A stretch of DNA of 64,000 nt from a virus. The notes under the pieces were generated by a model. The model worked only from the letters and a program-made list of their open reading frames with translations. It searched no databases and was not told where the DNA came from. The stretch lies in the IMG/VR virus record IMGVR_UViG_3300020180_000014, positions 1 through 64,000 of that record; one strand, given 5' to 3'. Positions 9,380 through 19,028 of this stretch are shown piece after piece. The translations under genes were made by a program, and so were the position numbers. Position 1 is the first letter of the stretch; each line of letters starts with the position of its first letter.

Positions 9380-10174
9380 ATGAGTCGCACGGATCGCCCC
9401 ATCGTCAACGCTGTCGGTTTTTCCGAGGGCGCATTGATTGCGGCTGGGCAGAGCAGCGGCGCAGCCGGGCTCGTCGCAGCGTACACAGCGGCAGCTGCAG
9501 CATCGATCACGGTCGTTCGTGCGACGGTCTACACCGAACCTGGTGCAGCAGCGCAACTTGAAGTGATTTCGTCGAGTGCGAACGATGACGGGGCACCACC
9601 CGGAACCGGTGCACGGACGATCCGAATCGTCTACTACGACGGGACCTGTGCTGGACCGTTCACGACCGATGTGATCATGAACGGAACGGCAGCTGTTGCA
9701 ACGGGTGTCTCGAACATCCGCTTCGTCGAGTGCATGCACCTGCTGACCGTCGGCAACAACGGCACCAATGTCGGGACAATTACACTGCGTGGGCTCGGTG
9801 GCGGCGCTTATGTGGGTTCGATCGCAGCAAGCGACGGTCGTACGTTTTGGGGACATCACTACATCGCGACAGGCCGTATCGGGCAAGTACTGGAGCTGAA
9901 CGCGGCCCTCACGAACGCTAAAGGTACTGCGTTTCTTCGTTCGATCGACGTGCTGACCGTTGACGCCTTCGAGCAACAGATCACTGCAAGCATGCGCATT
10001 GGCCCGGCAGCTGCTGGTGCTGCTGCAGCACCGTCACCTTTACAACCCTCACTTGTGTTCCCGTTCGGGTGTCTGTTTGTGACGGGTCCAGCACGCGTGT
10101 CTGCGTACGTACGACCTGATGCAGCAGTCGTCGGAAATCTTGCACACGTGAGCTTTAGCTTCCTCGATGTGTAA
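9380..10174 (+). CDS. structural beta protein, paralog of 8686-9375
   Basis: same shared motif block. Confidence 0.8.
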   Translation: MSRTDRPIVNAVGFSEGALIAAGQSSGAAGLVAAYTAAAAASITVVRATVYTEPGAAAQLEVISSSANDDGAPPGTGARTIRIVYYDGTCAGPFTTDVIMNGTAAVATGVSNIRFVECMHLLTVGNNGTNVGTITLRGLGGGAYVGSIAASDGRTFWGHHYIATGRIGQVLELNAALTNAKGTAFLRSIDVLTVDAFEQQITASMRIGPAAAGAAAAPSPLQPSLVFPFGCLFVTGPARVSAYVRPDAAVVGNLAHVSFSFLDV

Positions 10175-10205
10175 CCTGCTGCATCGTCTACTCAGGAGAT
10201 CAACC

Positions 10206-11123
10206 ATGGCCGTGAATCCGCTCACCAACCGTCCCGTTCCACCTAACAGCAACCTGGCGCGTGCAATGTACGTGTGGGTGACGTCGAACGCGACGCAAGA
10301 TCCGCTCGCGAATGACACCAAGCAACAGGCACTGATCAACTTCCTCGACGACGCCAACGTCGGGTGCAACGTGATCTTTCTCGACATCTGGCAATACCTT
10401 GGCGGGTCGAACTGGACCAACGCCAAGCGTGATCTCATGCGCCAGTTCGTGGACCGCGCAAAGCGCTCGGGCTGCAAGGTCTATGCGTTGTGCGGTAACG
10501 TCGACTGGGCCTTGAACCAGGCGTGGGTGATGAAGAACATCATCAACCCGATCGCCGCGTTCAACTCGATGTGTCAGGACGTCTCGGGGCGCTTCGATGG
10601 TGTCTGCTTCGACGTCGAGTACTGGACCGACGAGGGTACCTACCCGCCGTCGTCGAACCTGCCTGCGTTCTGTGATCTCGTGAAGGCCACGAAGCAGATG
10701 ACCAACCTCGAAGTCGGCTGCTTCGCGGCGTTCTATCTCAAGGACAACACCGGCACGCGTCCGAGCATCAGCTACAACGGCAAGAGCGCGCAGGACGGCG
10801 AGCACATGATGGACGTGTGTGACTTCGTCGTCGCAGGCACGTATCGCGATCACGCAGCTGACAACGGCACGGACGGACCCGGCCAGATCTCACTGTTCCA
10901 GCCCTGGTACGACTACGCGAGTGCGCAGGGTCGCAACTTCGGGCTCTACTGCGGCTCGGAGACGATCGACATCGCGCCTGCGTACGTGACGTACTACGGC
11001 ACGACCAAGGCGCTGATGGAAGCGCAGCACACGGTGATCTCCGATGCGTTCCGCGTCGGTGGGAACGCGTCGTTCCTCGGGCAGGCCATTCACAGCTACG
11101 ATGGCTGGAAGGCGATGAGCTAG
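10206..11123 (+). CDS. glycoside-hydrolase-like TIM-barrel protein
   Basis: RBS AGGAG; KVYALCG and FDGVCFDVEYW (DxE acid motif), D.V...TYRD; family inferred. Confidence 0.6.
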   Translation: MAVNPLTNRPVPPNSNLARAMYVWVTSNATQDPLANDTKQQALINFLDDANVGCNVIFLDIWQYLGGSNWTNAKRDLMRQFVDRAKRSGCKVYALCGNVDWALNQAWVMKNIINPIAAFNSMCQDVSGRFDGVCFDVEYWTDEGTYPPSSNLPAFCDLVKATKQMTNLEVGCFAAFYLKDNTGTRPSISYNGKSAQDGEHMMDVCDFVVAGTYRDHAADNGTDGPGQISLFQPWYDYASAQGRNFGLYCGSETIDIAPAYVTYYGTTKALMEAQHTVISDAFRVGGNASFLGQAIHSYDGWKAMS

Positions 11124-11991
11124 TTCGAGCGTAGAAGAACGACCCAGCGAAGAGCGTTGGCAAGCGCTGGGATTTGCAGTCGCGTGACCAGCACACCCCC
11201 CATCGATGGAATTACCATTGAGACACCGCTCGGCAACCGGAATCGGTTGATATCCGTTGAGCCCACATTCTCGTGGGTCAGCGTCATGCTTCCTGCACCC
11301 TTGTTGAAGATCCAGGCGAGCGGAAACCCGTTGGTCATGAGTATGTTGGCCGGTTCAAGGCCATTGACTGTCGAACCGCCACCGGGTGGTTGAACACTGT
11401 TGAAGCACCCGTAGATCGCGACGTTGTTGAACGTGCCGCCTTGAAGTACGACGCGAACGCCATGATCACATCTGCGAGTTCAAGGACGTTGAACGAACCA
11501 GGGACGGCAAGGCCGCGAACCTCGACAATTTCAGTACCGTTACCGCCCTGTGTGTCTTTGATTACGTGAAGCGCTTGTGCGTTTCCAAATCCCGGTACGC
11601 CGATGACTACTGCATCGGTTGGATTAACCAGGGATGTGATCCCGGGCGTAGGTCCAGCATCACGCTCCCACGGGGATGTTCCACCCCCACCTCCACCAGC
11701 GGCTGCCACGAAGGGACGTGGTGTAAGTTCCGTCGTTTGGACTGCACCCAACACGCGCGGGATGCTGTGCTTCAATTCCAACCAGACGTTGACGGTGACT
11801 GGATCCACGTTGTTGTTGGTGACAGTGCAGGTCGTTGTCGTGACAGCGATGGCGAACCCTCCGACGTCGAGTGCTACGAAATCGGGCACCTGCGGTATTC
11901 CGTTGATGTTAATCTGGTGCGGTAACGGGACGGCACCACCGCCACCAGGAACGTCAACGAAGGTGAGAATTTGAATGAGACGATCGGCCAT
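11120..11991 (-). CDS. fibre-like protein split in two ORFs (11335-11991 and 11120-11338), probable frameshift near 11465
   Basis: the downstream frame is open and codon-typical from about 11478 (GVRVVLQGGTFNNVAIYG...). Confidence 0.55.
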
Positions 11992-12006
11992 GCTCCGAGG
12001 ATAGGC

Positions 12007-12022
12007 GATCGCATACGCGATC
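12007..12022. promoter_or_regulatory. GATCGC-N4-GCGATC palindrome
   Basis: GATCGC ATAC GCGATC; on the - strand followed by gcc-TATCCT-6 nt-ATG (11991). Confidence 0.65.
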
Positions 12023-12041
12023 GGCTACTCGGCGTCGGTCA

Positions 12042-14360
12042 CTAGACCTTGATCTCGATCTCGCGTAGCTCGCAGGTACCGACGATGTCCTGCCCATCGA
12101 GCTTCACGGTCAGCTGATTCTCGTCGAGTGACTTGAACTCGGTGAACCACACCTGACCGACGATGATCCCGAACTTGATCTGCGACGTCTGGAAGATCAG
12201 GCTGCGGGTCTCGGCGATACGTGCCTGTGTCTGTCCGGTCAGCCACTTCTCGTGGAGATTCTTCGGGCTCTTCTTGATGAAGGCCTCGACCTCGGTGATC
12301 GCATCCGACATGATCGCGTCGCACGGGTTGAGCTTCTTCTTCGCCGTGATCTTCTCGCGGACAGCCTTCACACTGTCGAGCTTGCTGCAGCCCTTGAGCT
12401 TGATGTCCAGCTCCTTGCCCATGATGAAGTCCACGCTAGCGGCCTGGACCGACTTGGGCGAGAAGCCGTTCGACGTGAGACCTTGCTCCTTGAGCCAAGT
12501 GGCGCCGTCCTCGGTGTAGAGGTCGGTGTAGCCCTGCATCTTGACGCCGGGGAACAGCTCGGTCTGGTACGCCTTGTAGACCTTCTGGAAGCCGCGTGCC
12601 TTCAGCAGCGCCCACTCCAGCTCGATGATCTCCTTGGCGCTGACGGCCTTGACCATCTTACGGTTGATGATCGGCAGCGGCTTGACGTCGATGATGATGA
12701 CGTCCTTGCAGCCTTGGGGCGTGAGTGCCATCACGACGTCTGCCTTGCGGAGCGTCTCGTAGGTCGCCTCGGAGACGCGAACCGGCAGTCGCTCGACGTT
12801 CACAAGACCGTGACTGACGATCGCGTAGTTGCGGAAGATGTGCGTCTTGAAGTCCGTTGGGATCTTGAACTTCGTGTGGTCGGGGCGCGCCGACAAATCG
12901 ACCTTGCCCGTCTTGCGAACGAGCACGCTGATGTTCGGGCTGCACTCGTTGTAGACGAGACCACCGATCTCGTAGCCGTTCGGTGCCTCGTCGGGGACGA
13001 ACTTGAGCGCGTCACGCTTTGCGGCGAGCACCGTGTCGATCTGTGTCTGCAGATCCTTGAGCTTCTTCGCGTTCTTCTCGCCAGCCATCTGCAGACGGAT
13101 CGCTTCGATCTGCACCTGCTCGTCGGCCGTGAGGTTCTCGTCGGCGTCGACGCGACCGCGCGAGATGCGCGAGTACTTGAACTCGGGGTGGCTGAGCAGC
13201 ACGCGTGTGCTGTCGTCGGCGGCGAGTACGCGAAGCAGATCGAGCACCGTGAACGCATCGTCGGCGGGGACCTTGTTCGGATCCCAACCGTTCACGTAGC
13301 GGAGCTTGCTGTCGAACGCAGCGGCCTTCGCTGCGTCCATGAACTCGGAGTACTTCTGCTTGCCGAAGCAGATGCTGAAGCTGTTGATGAACGTGACGTC
13401 ACCGAGAGCTTTCAGTACCGGGTAGACGACTTCGGGCTTCATACGAACGGCGAACAACGACATCGCCGCGTAAGAAGCAGCCATCGCATCAGGTGCTGAG
13501 CTGGAAGTCGTGTTGTTGAGCTTGTTGCCTGCGTCACCGACGACAGTCGGCGACAAGTACCAGATCGTCGTCGTGTGTTCGGGGATGGTACCCTTGCCGG
13601 TCGACACATCGTACGTCGTGATCTCACCGTCGTCGAACGCGAACGCGAAGCCGCCGATCGGATCACCACCGACATCGACCTCGATGCGCTTGCCACCCAT
13701 GGGGCGCTTCTGCATCGCCGCCTCGAACACGGGCTCGAACTTGTCGAACGCGTCGGCGTGGATGTGAACGCCACCGGCCTTCTCGGCCATCGATGCGAGC
13801 AGTGGACGGTCGGCGTAGTAGCCGTACTCGACGAATGTCGCGCTCGCGAGCACACCAGCCGTCTTCTCGACGACCTTGAGCAGCTCGGCGCGGGGCCACT
13901 GGTTGTCGCAACCGTCACTCATGAAGAACAACGCGAACGGGTTCTTGTTCTTCTTGCCGACGCGCGTGACGAGCTGTTCGACTTCGGCGAGCGGCTCCTT
14001 GAAGCCAGTGAGCCCGACAGGGCGTAGCCAGCGATCGATCGCCTTGTTGACGTCGTTGAGGTCCGTGAGTGTTGCGACCGGCTCGGCCTCGATCAGCGCG
14101 CCGAACTCGCCGCGACCGGAGAACCAGATCATCGAGAACGTGTCACCGTCCTTGAGGAGCTTGGGCAGCTTCTTCTTGAGCTGCTCGCGGATCTTCGGCA
14201 GCTCGTACGACATGCTGCCCGAGCAGTCGATGACCGCTACGTGGTTGGTGGGCGTCTCGACGGCCTTGGGCTTGGTGTCACCCTTCGCGATGGTCTGCTT
14301 GACCAGGTGCAGGCCCTTCTCGATCTCGTACGACGTTGCTTCGATCTTGCTCTTGCTCAT
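12042..14360 (-). CDS. vWA domain protein (772 aa)
   Basis: MIDAS DCSGSM, T (GLTGF) and FMSDG; RBS AAGGAG. Confidence 0.85.
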   Translation of the reverse strand: MSKSKIEATSYEIEKGLHLVKQTIAKGDTKPKAVETPTNHVAVIDCSGSMSYELPKIREQLKKKLPKLLKDGDTFSMIWFSGRGEFGALIEAEPVATLTDLNDVNKAIDRWLRPVGLTGFKEPLAEVEQLVTRVGKKNKNPFALFFMSDGCDNQWPRAELLKVVEKTAGVLASATFVEYGYYADRPLLASMAEKAGGVHIHADAFDKFEPVFEAAMQKRPMGGKRIEVDVGGDPIGGFAFAFDDGEITTYDVSTGKGTIPEHTTTIWYLSPTVVGDAGNKLNNTTSSSAPDAMAASYAAMSLFAVRMKPEVVYPVLKALGDVTFINSFSICFGKQKYSEFMDAAKAAAFDSKLRYVNGWDPNKVPADDAFTVLDLLRVLAADDSTRVLLSHPEFKYSRISRGRVDADENLTADEQVQIEAIRLQMAGEKNAKKLKDLQTQIDTVLAAKRDALKFVPDEAPNGYEIGGLVYNECSPNISVLVRKTGKVDLSARPDHTKFKIPTDFKTHIFRNYAIVSHGLVNVERLPVRVSEATYETLRKADVVMALTPQGCKDVIIIDVKPLPIINRKMVKAVSAKEIIELEWALLKARGFQKVYKAYQTELFPGVKMQGYTDLYTEDGATWLKEQGLTSNGFSPKSVQAASVDFIMGKELDIKLKGCSKLDSVKAVREKITAKKKLNPCDAIMSDAITEVEAFIKKSPKNLHEKWLTGQTQARIAETRSLIFQTSQIKFGIIVGQVWFTEFKSLDENQLTVKLDGQDIVGTCELREIEIKV

Positions 14361-14582
14361 GTGCTCTCTTGCTCCTTGAGGACGACGCTACCAGCGCGCT
14401 CTGACAATGGTCGTATCTCGCTGTATCCACAGCGAAATCCCCCGAGCACTGAAGCAGCCGCGCATGTGCGTCACCCGCCGAGTGCGTACCGCCGATGCAC
14501 CCAACTAGTCAAGAGCTTGATGTGTAGGTCGGTTTCAGTAGCGATCTACAATTTCGCGGCATCACACAGGAAGGAGGTTCCC

Positions 14583-14801
14583 ATGTCCAAGCGACTCAAG
14601 AGCAATGCCCCATCCCGTTCCGTGACCGACGTTGGCGCAGGCGACTACGTCAAGATCGGTTCGTCGTGGCAGAAGATTGCTTCGAACGCGGCCCACGGTG
14701 CTGCGTACACACCACGTTCGTGGACCGTTCGTACCGAGGGTGGCGGCGAGTACGGCATGTTCGGGATCAACCGCTACGCCAAAGCAGAAGACCTCGAATA
14801 G
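14583..14801 (+). CDS. small hypothetical protein (SH3-like beta)
   Basis: strong RBS AGGAGG before ATG at 14583. Confidence 0.7.
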   Translation: MSKRLKSNAPSRSVTDVGAGDYVKIGSSWQKIASNAAHGAAYTPRSWTVRTEGGGEYGMFGINRYAKAEDLE

Positions 14802-15413
14802 CTACAGCTTCACGATCGATAGCGCGTGCGCGAAAACAGCATCCGTTGAACGATCGGCCGCGAGCTTGTGTCGACCGCGCATCGAACGCTCAGGCATCGG
14901 ACACGACGGGCGGTCACTTGGCGTCACAGGGATGCCGCGCGGTCGACCGATGATGACTTTCGTGACTTCACCGACGCCCTTGATTGCACGGCGGTAGTGA
15001 ACGCCGTCACGTGCGGGCGCGACGTTCTTGTTCAAGACATCACTCGCATAGGCGGCACAGACGAGCGGTGCGCCCGCATCGAACGCTAGTTCTTCCATGC
15101 GATGCGAGACCTCGGCGTAGTAGCCGAGCGCGAAGAAACTCGACGCAACATAGTCCTTCACGGCGTGCCGCCCGGGACGTGAGCCGTCAGAACCTGCGAG
15201 GCCGAGCTTGCGGCCGTACGGTGTCGCCTTGCTGAGCACGAACGCGACCCACTGATCGTGGTCGCGGTACAGCTCCCAGTGCGTGTACTCGTCGAGTTCT
15301 TCCGGCGAGTCGACGATGAGACCGATCTTGGCGTACGTCGCCTGGACCATGTCCCAAACCACGGGCACCGCATCGTGCCGTTCGCGGCCGGTGACGCTGT
15401 ACCAGTGATTCAC
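14802..15413 (-). CDS. hypothetical phage protein
   Basis: globular part of the ORF from GTG at 15413 (VWDMVQATYAKIG...GYYAEVSH). Confidence 0.65.
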   Translation of the reverse strand: MNHWYSVTGRERHDAVPVVWDMVQATYAKIGLIVDSPEELDEYTHWELYRDHDQWVAFVLSKATPYGRKLGLAGSDGSRPGRHAVKDYVASSFFALGYYAEVSHRMEELAFDAGAPLVCAAYASDVLNKNVAPARDGVHYRRAIKGVGEVTKVIIGRPRGIPVTPSDRPSCPMPERSMRGRHKLAADRSTDAVFAHALSIVKL

Positions 15414-15421
15414 CGCAGACC

Positions 15422-15637
15422 TTACGCGTGCGCGGCGGTCAGCTTCGTGAGTTGCTCGGCGTTCATGCCGTAGAGCCGCGCGATGCGACCGAGCGTGTCG
15501 GCGTCGACCTCTTCGTTGTCGAGCAGCTTCTGGTTGAGACCCAGCATGTGGATCGCAGCCGAAAGCGAGAGGTGGCGGTGCTTGAGGTAGGCGCTGAGCG
15601 CCTTGGTGGTCACGGGGCGCGTCTGCGTCTGCGTCAT
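15422..15637 (-). CDS. small HTH-like protein, related to the N-terminus of 49741-50277
   Basis: TKALSAYLKHRHL...LGRIARLYGMNAEQL; TACCGT lies 6 nt before the ATG. Confidence 0.55.
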   Translation of the reverse strand: MTQTQTRPVTTKALSAYLKHRHLSLSAAIHMLGLNQKLLDNEEVDADTLGRIARLYGMNAEQLTKLTAAHA

Positions 15638-15702
15638 GCGCTGACGGTACCACGTGCGCGGGCACGCCACAGGACGATCGCACGAGCGATCCAGACCCTA
15701 GG

Positions 15703-15738
15703 AAATGAAAAACGGCCCGATCCGAAGACCGAGCCGTT
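15703..15738 (-). terminator. rho-independent terminator after the candidate major capsid gene
   Basis: - strand AACGGCTCGGTC-TTCG-GATCGGGCCGTT-TTTCATTT. Confidence 0.85.
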
Positions 15739-15769
15739 GCAGTTCGCTTCGTCGAGCGACCGTCGTCGA

Positions 15770-16519
15770 CTAGACGACCGTACGCTTGATCAGGCCGTAC
15801 TTGTACAGCTTGACGTCGGCGAAGTTGAGCGCGGTCGCGCCGTCGCTCGCCGCCTGCGCGATGCGGATCGGCGACTCGGGCTGGAACACGCCCTTGTAGC
15901 CGAGGTTCTCGCGCTCGTGCACGGGGAGCACGAGAGCGACGCGGTCACGCGGGCTCGGGACGCCGTTCTGCGCCAGCTCGAACGCGGTGTTCGTCGAGAA
16001 CACGTTGTAGCCGTGTCCCTGCGGGAAGTCCTGGAGGACGCCCTGCGTGTAGAACTTCGCGTTGTACTCGTACTGGAAGAACGTCACGCGATCCATCTGG
16101 AACAGCGTGGTGAGCGTCGGCGGGTCCGACAGCGCGAACGGGGCAACGCCCGTACCCGCACCGGGGATCTGCGCGTTGAAGTCATCCTTCAACGTCGGCG
16201 CGAGCGGGGCGGTGTCCGGGGCGCGCTGCACGCGCACGACCTGGATACCCCAGCCGTACACGAGCATCTCCCAGTCCTTCGGCAGACCGGAGTCGCCGTT
16301 GCGGGGGATGTTCGTGTCGACACGCGTCGACGTACGCGTGCCGCCGGGGATCGGCTGCGAGCGGCCCGTCGAGAACGCTTCGAGCGGCGTGGTGAGGCCG
16401 TTCGCGAACTGGACGGTGCCGTACAGCTTGTCGTCGATCCAGTCGGCGAGGGCGATGGTGCTGCCATCGGGCAGCGTGAGGGTGGTGGTGGATGGCGCTA
16501 CGCCAACTGCTCCGGCCAT
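15770..16519 (-). CDS. candidate major capsid protein (single jelly-roll type)
   Basis: very strong codon bias, own terminator, structured 5' UTR; beta-rich pattern LYGTV...F...DTN....GLP...V.G.GI...FP.G.G...NGVP...LPV...V.LY.YGLIKR.V; fold is inferred. Confidence 0.6.
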   Translation of the reverse strand: MAGAVGVAPSTTTLTLPDGSTIALADWIDDKLYGTVQFANGLTTPLEAFSTGRSQPIPGGTRTSTRVDTNIPRNGDSGLPKDWEMLVYGWGIQVVRVQRAPDTAPLAPTLKDDFNAQIPGAGTGVAPFALSDPPTLTTLFQMDRVTFFQYEYNAKFYTQGVLQDFPQGHGYNVFSTNTAFELAQNGVPSPRDRVALVLPVHERENLGYKGVFQPESPIRIAQAASDGATALNFADVKLYKYGLIKRTVV

Positions 16520-16610
16520 GGTCTTGTGTCCTTGTCGAGAGAAGAACGGCTCAACGCCGTCTGTTGTGGGTGCGCCGAGGATTCGACGCGGCCCTGATCG
16601 CCTGACCAGC

Positions 16611-16678
16611 GATCGCTTCTGCGACTCAACCCGAAGGCTCAGTCGCAGGAGCGATCACTGGGCATTGCTGCCCAGTGA
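16611..16678 (-). other. two strong hairpins between the Gly-rich membrane gene and the candidate capsid gene
   Basis: 16611-16626 pairs with 16641-16656; 16655-16664 pairs with 16669-16678. Confidence 0.7.
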
Positions 16679-16685
16679 ACGGTGG

Positions 16686-17525
16686 CTAGTTGCCACCTCC
16701 GAAGAGCGTCGCGCCGAAGTGTGCGCCCATCGCGGAGATGCCGGGACCGCCCAGCGTGCGGACCTGGGCAGCGCCCGGGTCGTTGCTCATGCCGTAGTCA
16801 CCGGCACCGACGAGCGACGGGGGACCCATCAGGTCGGGACGGTCGGCACCGAAGCCCGCGCCGCCGCCGCTGATCGAGCCCGGCACCGGGTACGCCGGAT
16901 CGATGGTCACGCCACCGAAGCCGCCGCCATACCCGTTGTTCATCATCGACGGCAGGTTCGCCGGAACGACGAAGCCCGGCTCGATCGTTGCGATGCCGAA
17001 GCCGTTACCCTGGTACGGCTGGATGACACCGGTCGGGTTGATCGTCACGCCACCGAACCCGGCACGCGCGAACTGCGCGCCCTGGGCAGGCGTCGCCGTA
17101 CCCTGCGGAGAAGCCGCCGCAGCAGCTGCCGTGGCCGACGCCTCGGCCGAAGTCATCGCCATCGGGTTGAACACCGAGTTCTCCAGCTGGCGCAGACCGT
17201 TGGTCACGAGCGCGGTCGCAGCTGCGGCCCAGCCCATGCGGCGCGTGCCCGGGAACGCCATCATGACGCCGCCCGCGATGCCGCCCGCGAGCAGGCCCGC
17301 CAGCTCGGAGTACTGGTGGATCTTCGAGGTGGGCTTGGTCATCGCGCGAGCGATGATCGCGGCGCCGGTACCGACACCGCCGCCGATGACGGCGCCCCAC
17401 ATCGAGTCGCCACCAGCTGGCTGGCCGAACTCGTCGAGGCCGAACATGTCGACCTCGCCCATGTTGTCGTAGTCGCTCTCGCCGAAGTTGGAAGCGAGCG
17501 CGCCGTTGTTCAGATCGTTCTTCAT
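16686..17525 (-). CDS. Gly-rich membrane protein with repeated FG motifs (candidate major membrane/scaffold protein)
   Basis: 2-3 Gly-rich TM segments, about 10 [GNMEHL]FG motifs; RBS AAGGA. Confidence 0.8.
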   Translation of the reverse strand: MKNDLNNGALASNFGESDYDNMGEVDMFGLDEFGQPAGGDSMWGAVIGGGVGTGAAIIARAMTKPTSKIHQYSELAGLLAGGIAGGVMMAFPGTRRMGWAAAATALVTNGLRQLENSVFNPMAMTSAEASATAAAAAASPQGTATPAQGAQFARAGFGGVTINPTGVIQPYQGNGFGIATIEPGFVVPANLPSMMNNGYGGGFGGVTIDPAYPVPGSISGGGAGFGADRPDLMGPPSLVGAGDYGMSNDPGAAQVRTLGGPGISAMGAHFGATLFGGGN

Positions 17526-17574
17526 ATCCTTGTCCTCTCTACTTTCGGGGTGAAGATGCGTTGTCGACGGCGCG

Positions 17575-17808
17575 CTAGCGTCGCGAGCAGCGCGAAGAGC
17601 CTTGCTTGAACTCCCAGCCGGTCCGGCTCTTCTTGCCGGACTTGGTCCGCGTACCGAGGCCGACGTAACAGAGCTGCATCTCGCAGCCGGTACGCGGGTT
17701 CGTGGTCGTCTTGCAGAAGCCGACGACGGGCGTGTCCCCGAGCTGCGCGTTCTTGCGCTTGCGCTTGGACTTCGTCTCGCCGCCGCTGATCGTGAAGACG
17801 CTCGGCAC
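17575..17808 (-). CDS. small basic Cys-containing protein
   Basis: GTG overlaps the upstream TAG; KRKRKNAQLG-DT; 4 Cys. Confidence 0.65.
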   Translation of the reverse strand: MPSVFTISGGETKSKRKRKNAQLGDTPVVGFCKTTTNPRTGCEMQLCYVGLGTRTKSGKKSRTGWEFKQGSSRCSRR

Positions 17809-18656
17809 TATCGTTGCTCCTTGCGAACAGCGATCTGCTGCGGGAAGACGCGCTGCGGCTGCGGGTAGCGCTGCTGCACCATCTGCGAGCGCGAGTCGAG
17901 CGCAGGCATCGCCGTGCGCTGCGCGTCGCGGATCGGCACCGCGTTGACGGCGTTGGTCGCCGCAATCGCATTCGGCGCGAAGCGCTGTGCGATCTCCGCT
18001 TGGAAGTTGCGTTGACCCCACACGTTGTCGTCGCGCGTGAGGATCCGACGGTACTCGCCGTACGCCATGTACGGGAACTGCGGCACGTTGCCAGGCTGCG
18101 GCAGGTTCGGTAGAACCGTCGGCGCGAGCAGCGGAAAGCCGAAGCCGTTCCGTGCCGACCCGAGACCGTTCTTCTGCTGCTGCTCGGCGCGAACAGGCGT
18201 CGACGATGCGGGCGCTGCACCGGCCGACTGCACCTGCGGTTCGCCGTTGGGCCCGCCGCAGACGATCACGCGGCGCGCACCGATCTGGATTGTTACCGTG
18301 CCCCCGCGCGCCAGCTCCTGCGCTGCCTGGACGATCGTACCGACGATGCCGCCCATCGGGGGTTGGTTCGGACCGACCGTGATCTTCTCGGTGCCTATGC
18401 AGACGACGGCCATCTTGCCGCGCGCAAACTCCTTCGCGAGCTTGCCAGCGGCGTAGGCGACGTCTTCAGGCGACGGGTACGGCGCAACCGCCGGACCGCG
18501 ACCGCGCACACTGTCGATGAACGGATCGATCGTGTGGCGGGCCATGTCGACCGGCGACACCTGACGGGCCCACATCGGCTCGATGACACCCGTGCGCGTG
18601 ATCGCATCGGGACGCCAATGCATCTGCGCGTGCATTTGCCGGGTCAGATGGAGCAT
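17808..18656 (-). CDS. putative virion protein (P/Q-rich)
   Basis: ATG at 18656 lies 6 nt after TACGGT; NGLG-SARNGFG motif. Confidence 0.7.
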   Translation of the reverse strand: MLHLTRQMHAQMHWRPDAITRTGVIEPMWARQVSPVDMARHTIDPFIDSVRGRGPAVAPYPSPEDVAYAAGKLAKEFARGKMAVVCIGTEKITVGPNQPPMGGIVGTIVQAAQELARGGTVTIQIGARRVIVCGGPNGEPQVQSAGAAPASSTPVRAEQQQKNGLGSARNGFGFPLLAPTVLPNLPQPGNVPQFPYMAYGEYRRILTRDDNVWGQRNFQAEIAQRFAPNAIAATNAVNAVPIRDAQRTAMPALDSRSQMVQQRYPQPQRVFPQQIAVRKEQR

Positions 18657-18809
18657 GGAAATACCGTAGGCGATCGCTCGCGCGACTGCAATACGAAACC
18701 AGTGTGATTTCGCTGAGTTAGCCTGATGCTCTCTGCACACGTGTGATCATCTCTGATCACGTTGACGCCTTGATCGCGTGAGCGACTACGCGTACGTTTG
18801 CTTTTCACG

Positions 18810-19028
18810 ATGGCGAAACGTCGACGTCCACGCGCGCTGGGAGATGCGATCCCGCAATCCGTCGAGCGTCCGATCACACCGCGCGAACTTGCGACGTGGC
18901 TCAAGGTCAGCCCGGCGACGGTTCGTCGTCGGATCAGCGAGCTGCCGCACTTCCGGATCGGCAACCGCGTACGGTTCATGCCAAGCGAAGTGATCGCGCA
19001 CTACCGCCGCAAGCCGAGCAGTAGCTGA
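18810..19028 (+). CDS. excisionase/MerR-like HTH (HTH_17) DNA-binding protein
   Basis: ITPRELATWLKVSPATVRR....LPHFRIGNRVRF. Confidence 0.8.
   Translation: MAKRRRPRALGDAIPQSVERPITPRELATWLKVSPATVRRRISELPHFRIGNRVRFMPSEVIAHYRRKPSSS

Noticed and set aside
18810-19028. excisionase marking a prophage boundary
   Set aside because: no integrase, att site or host genes seen; the gene sits inside the structural cluster
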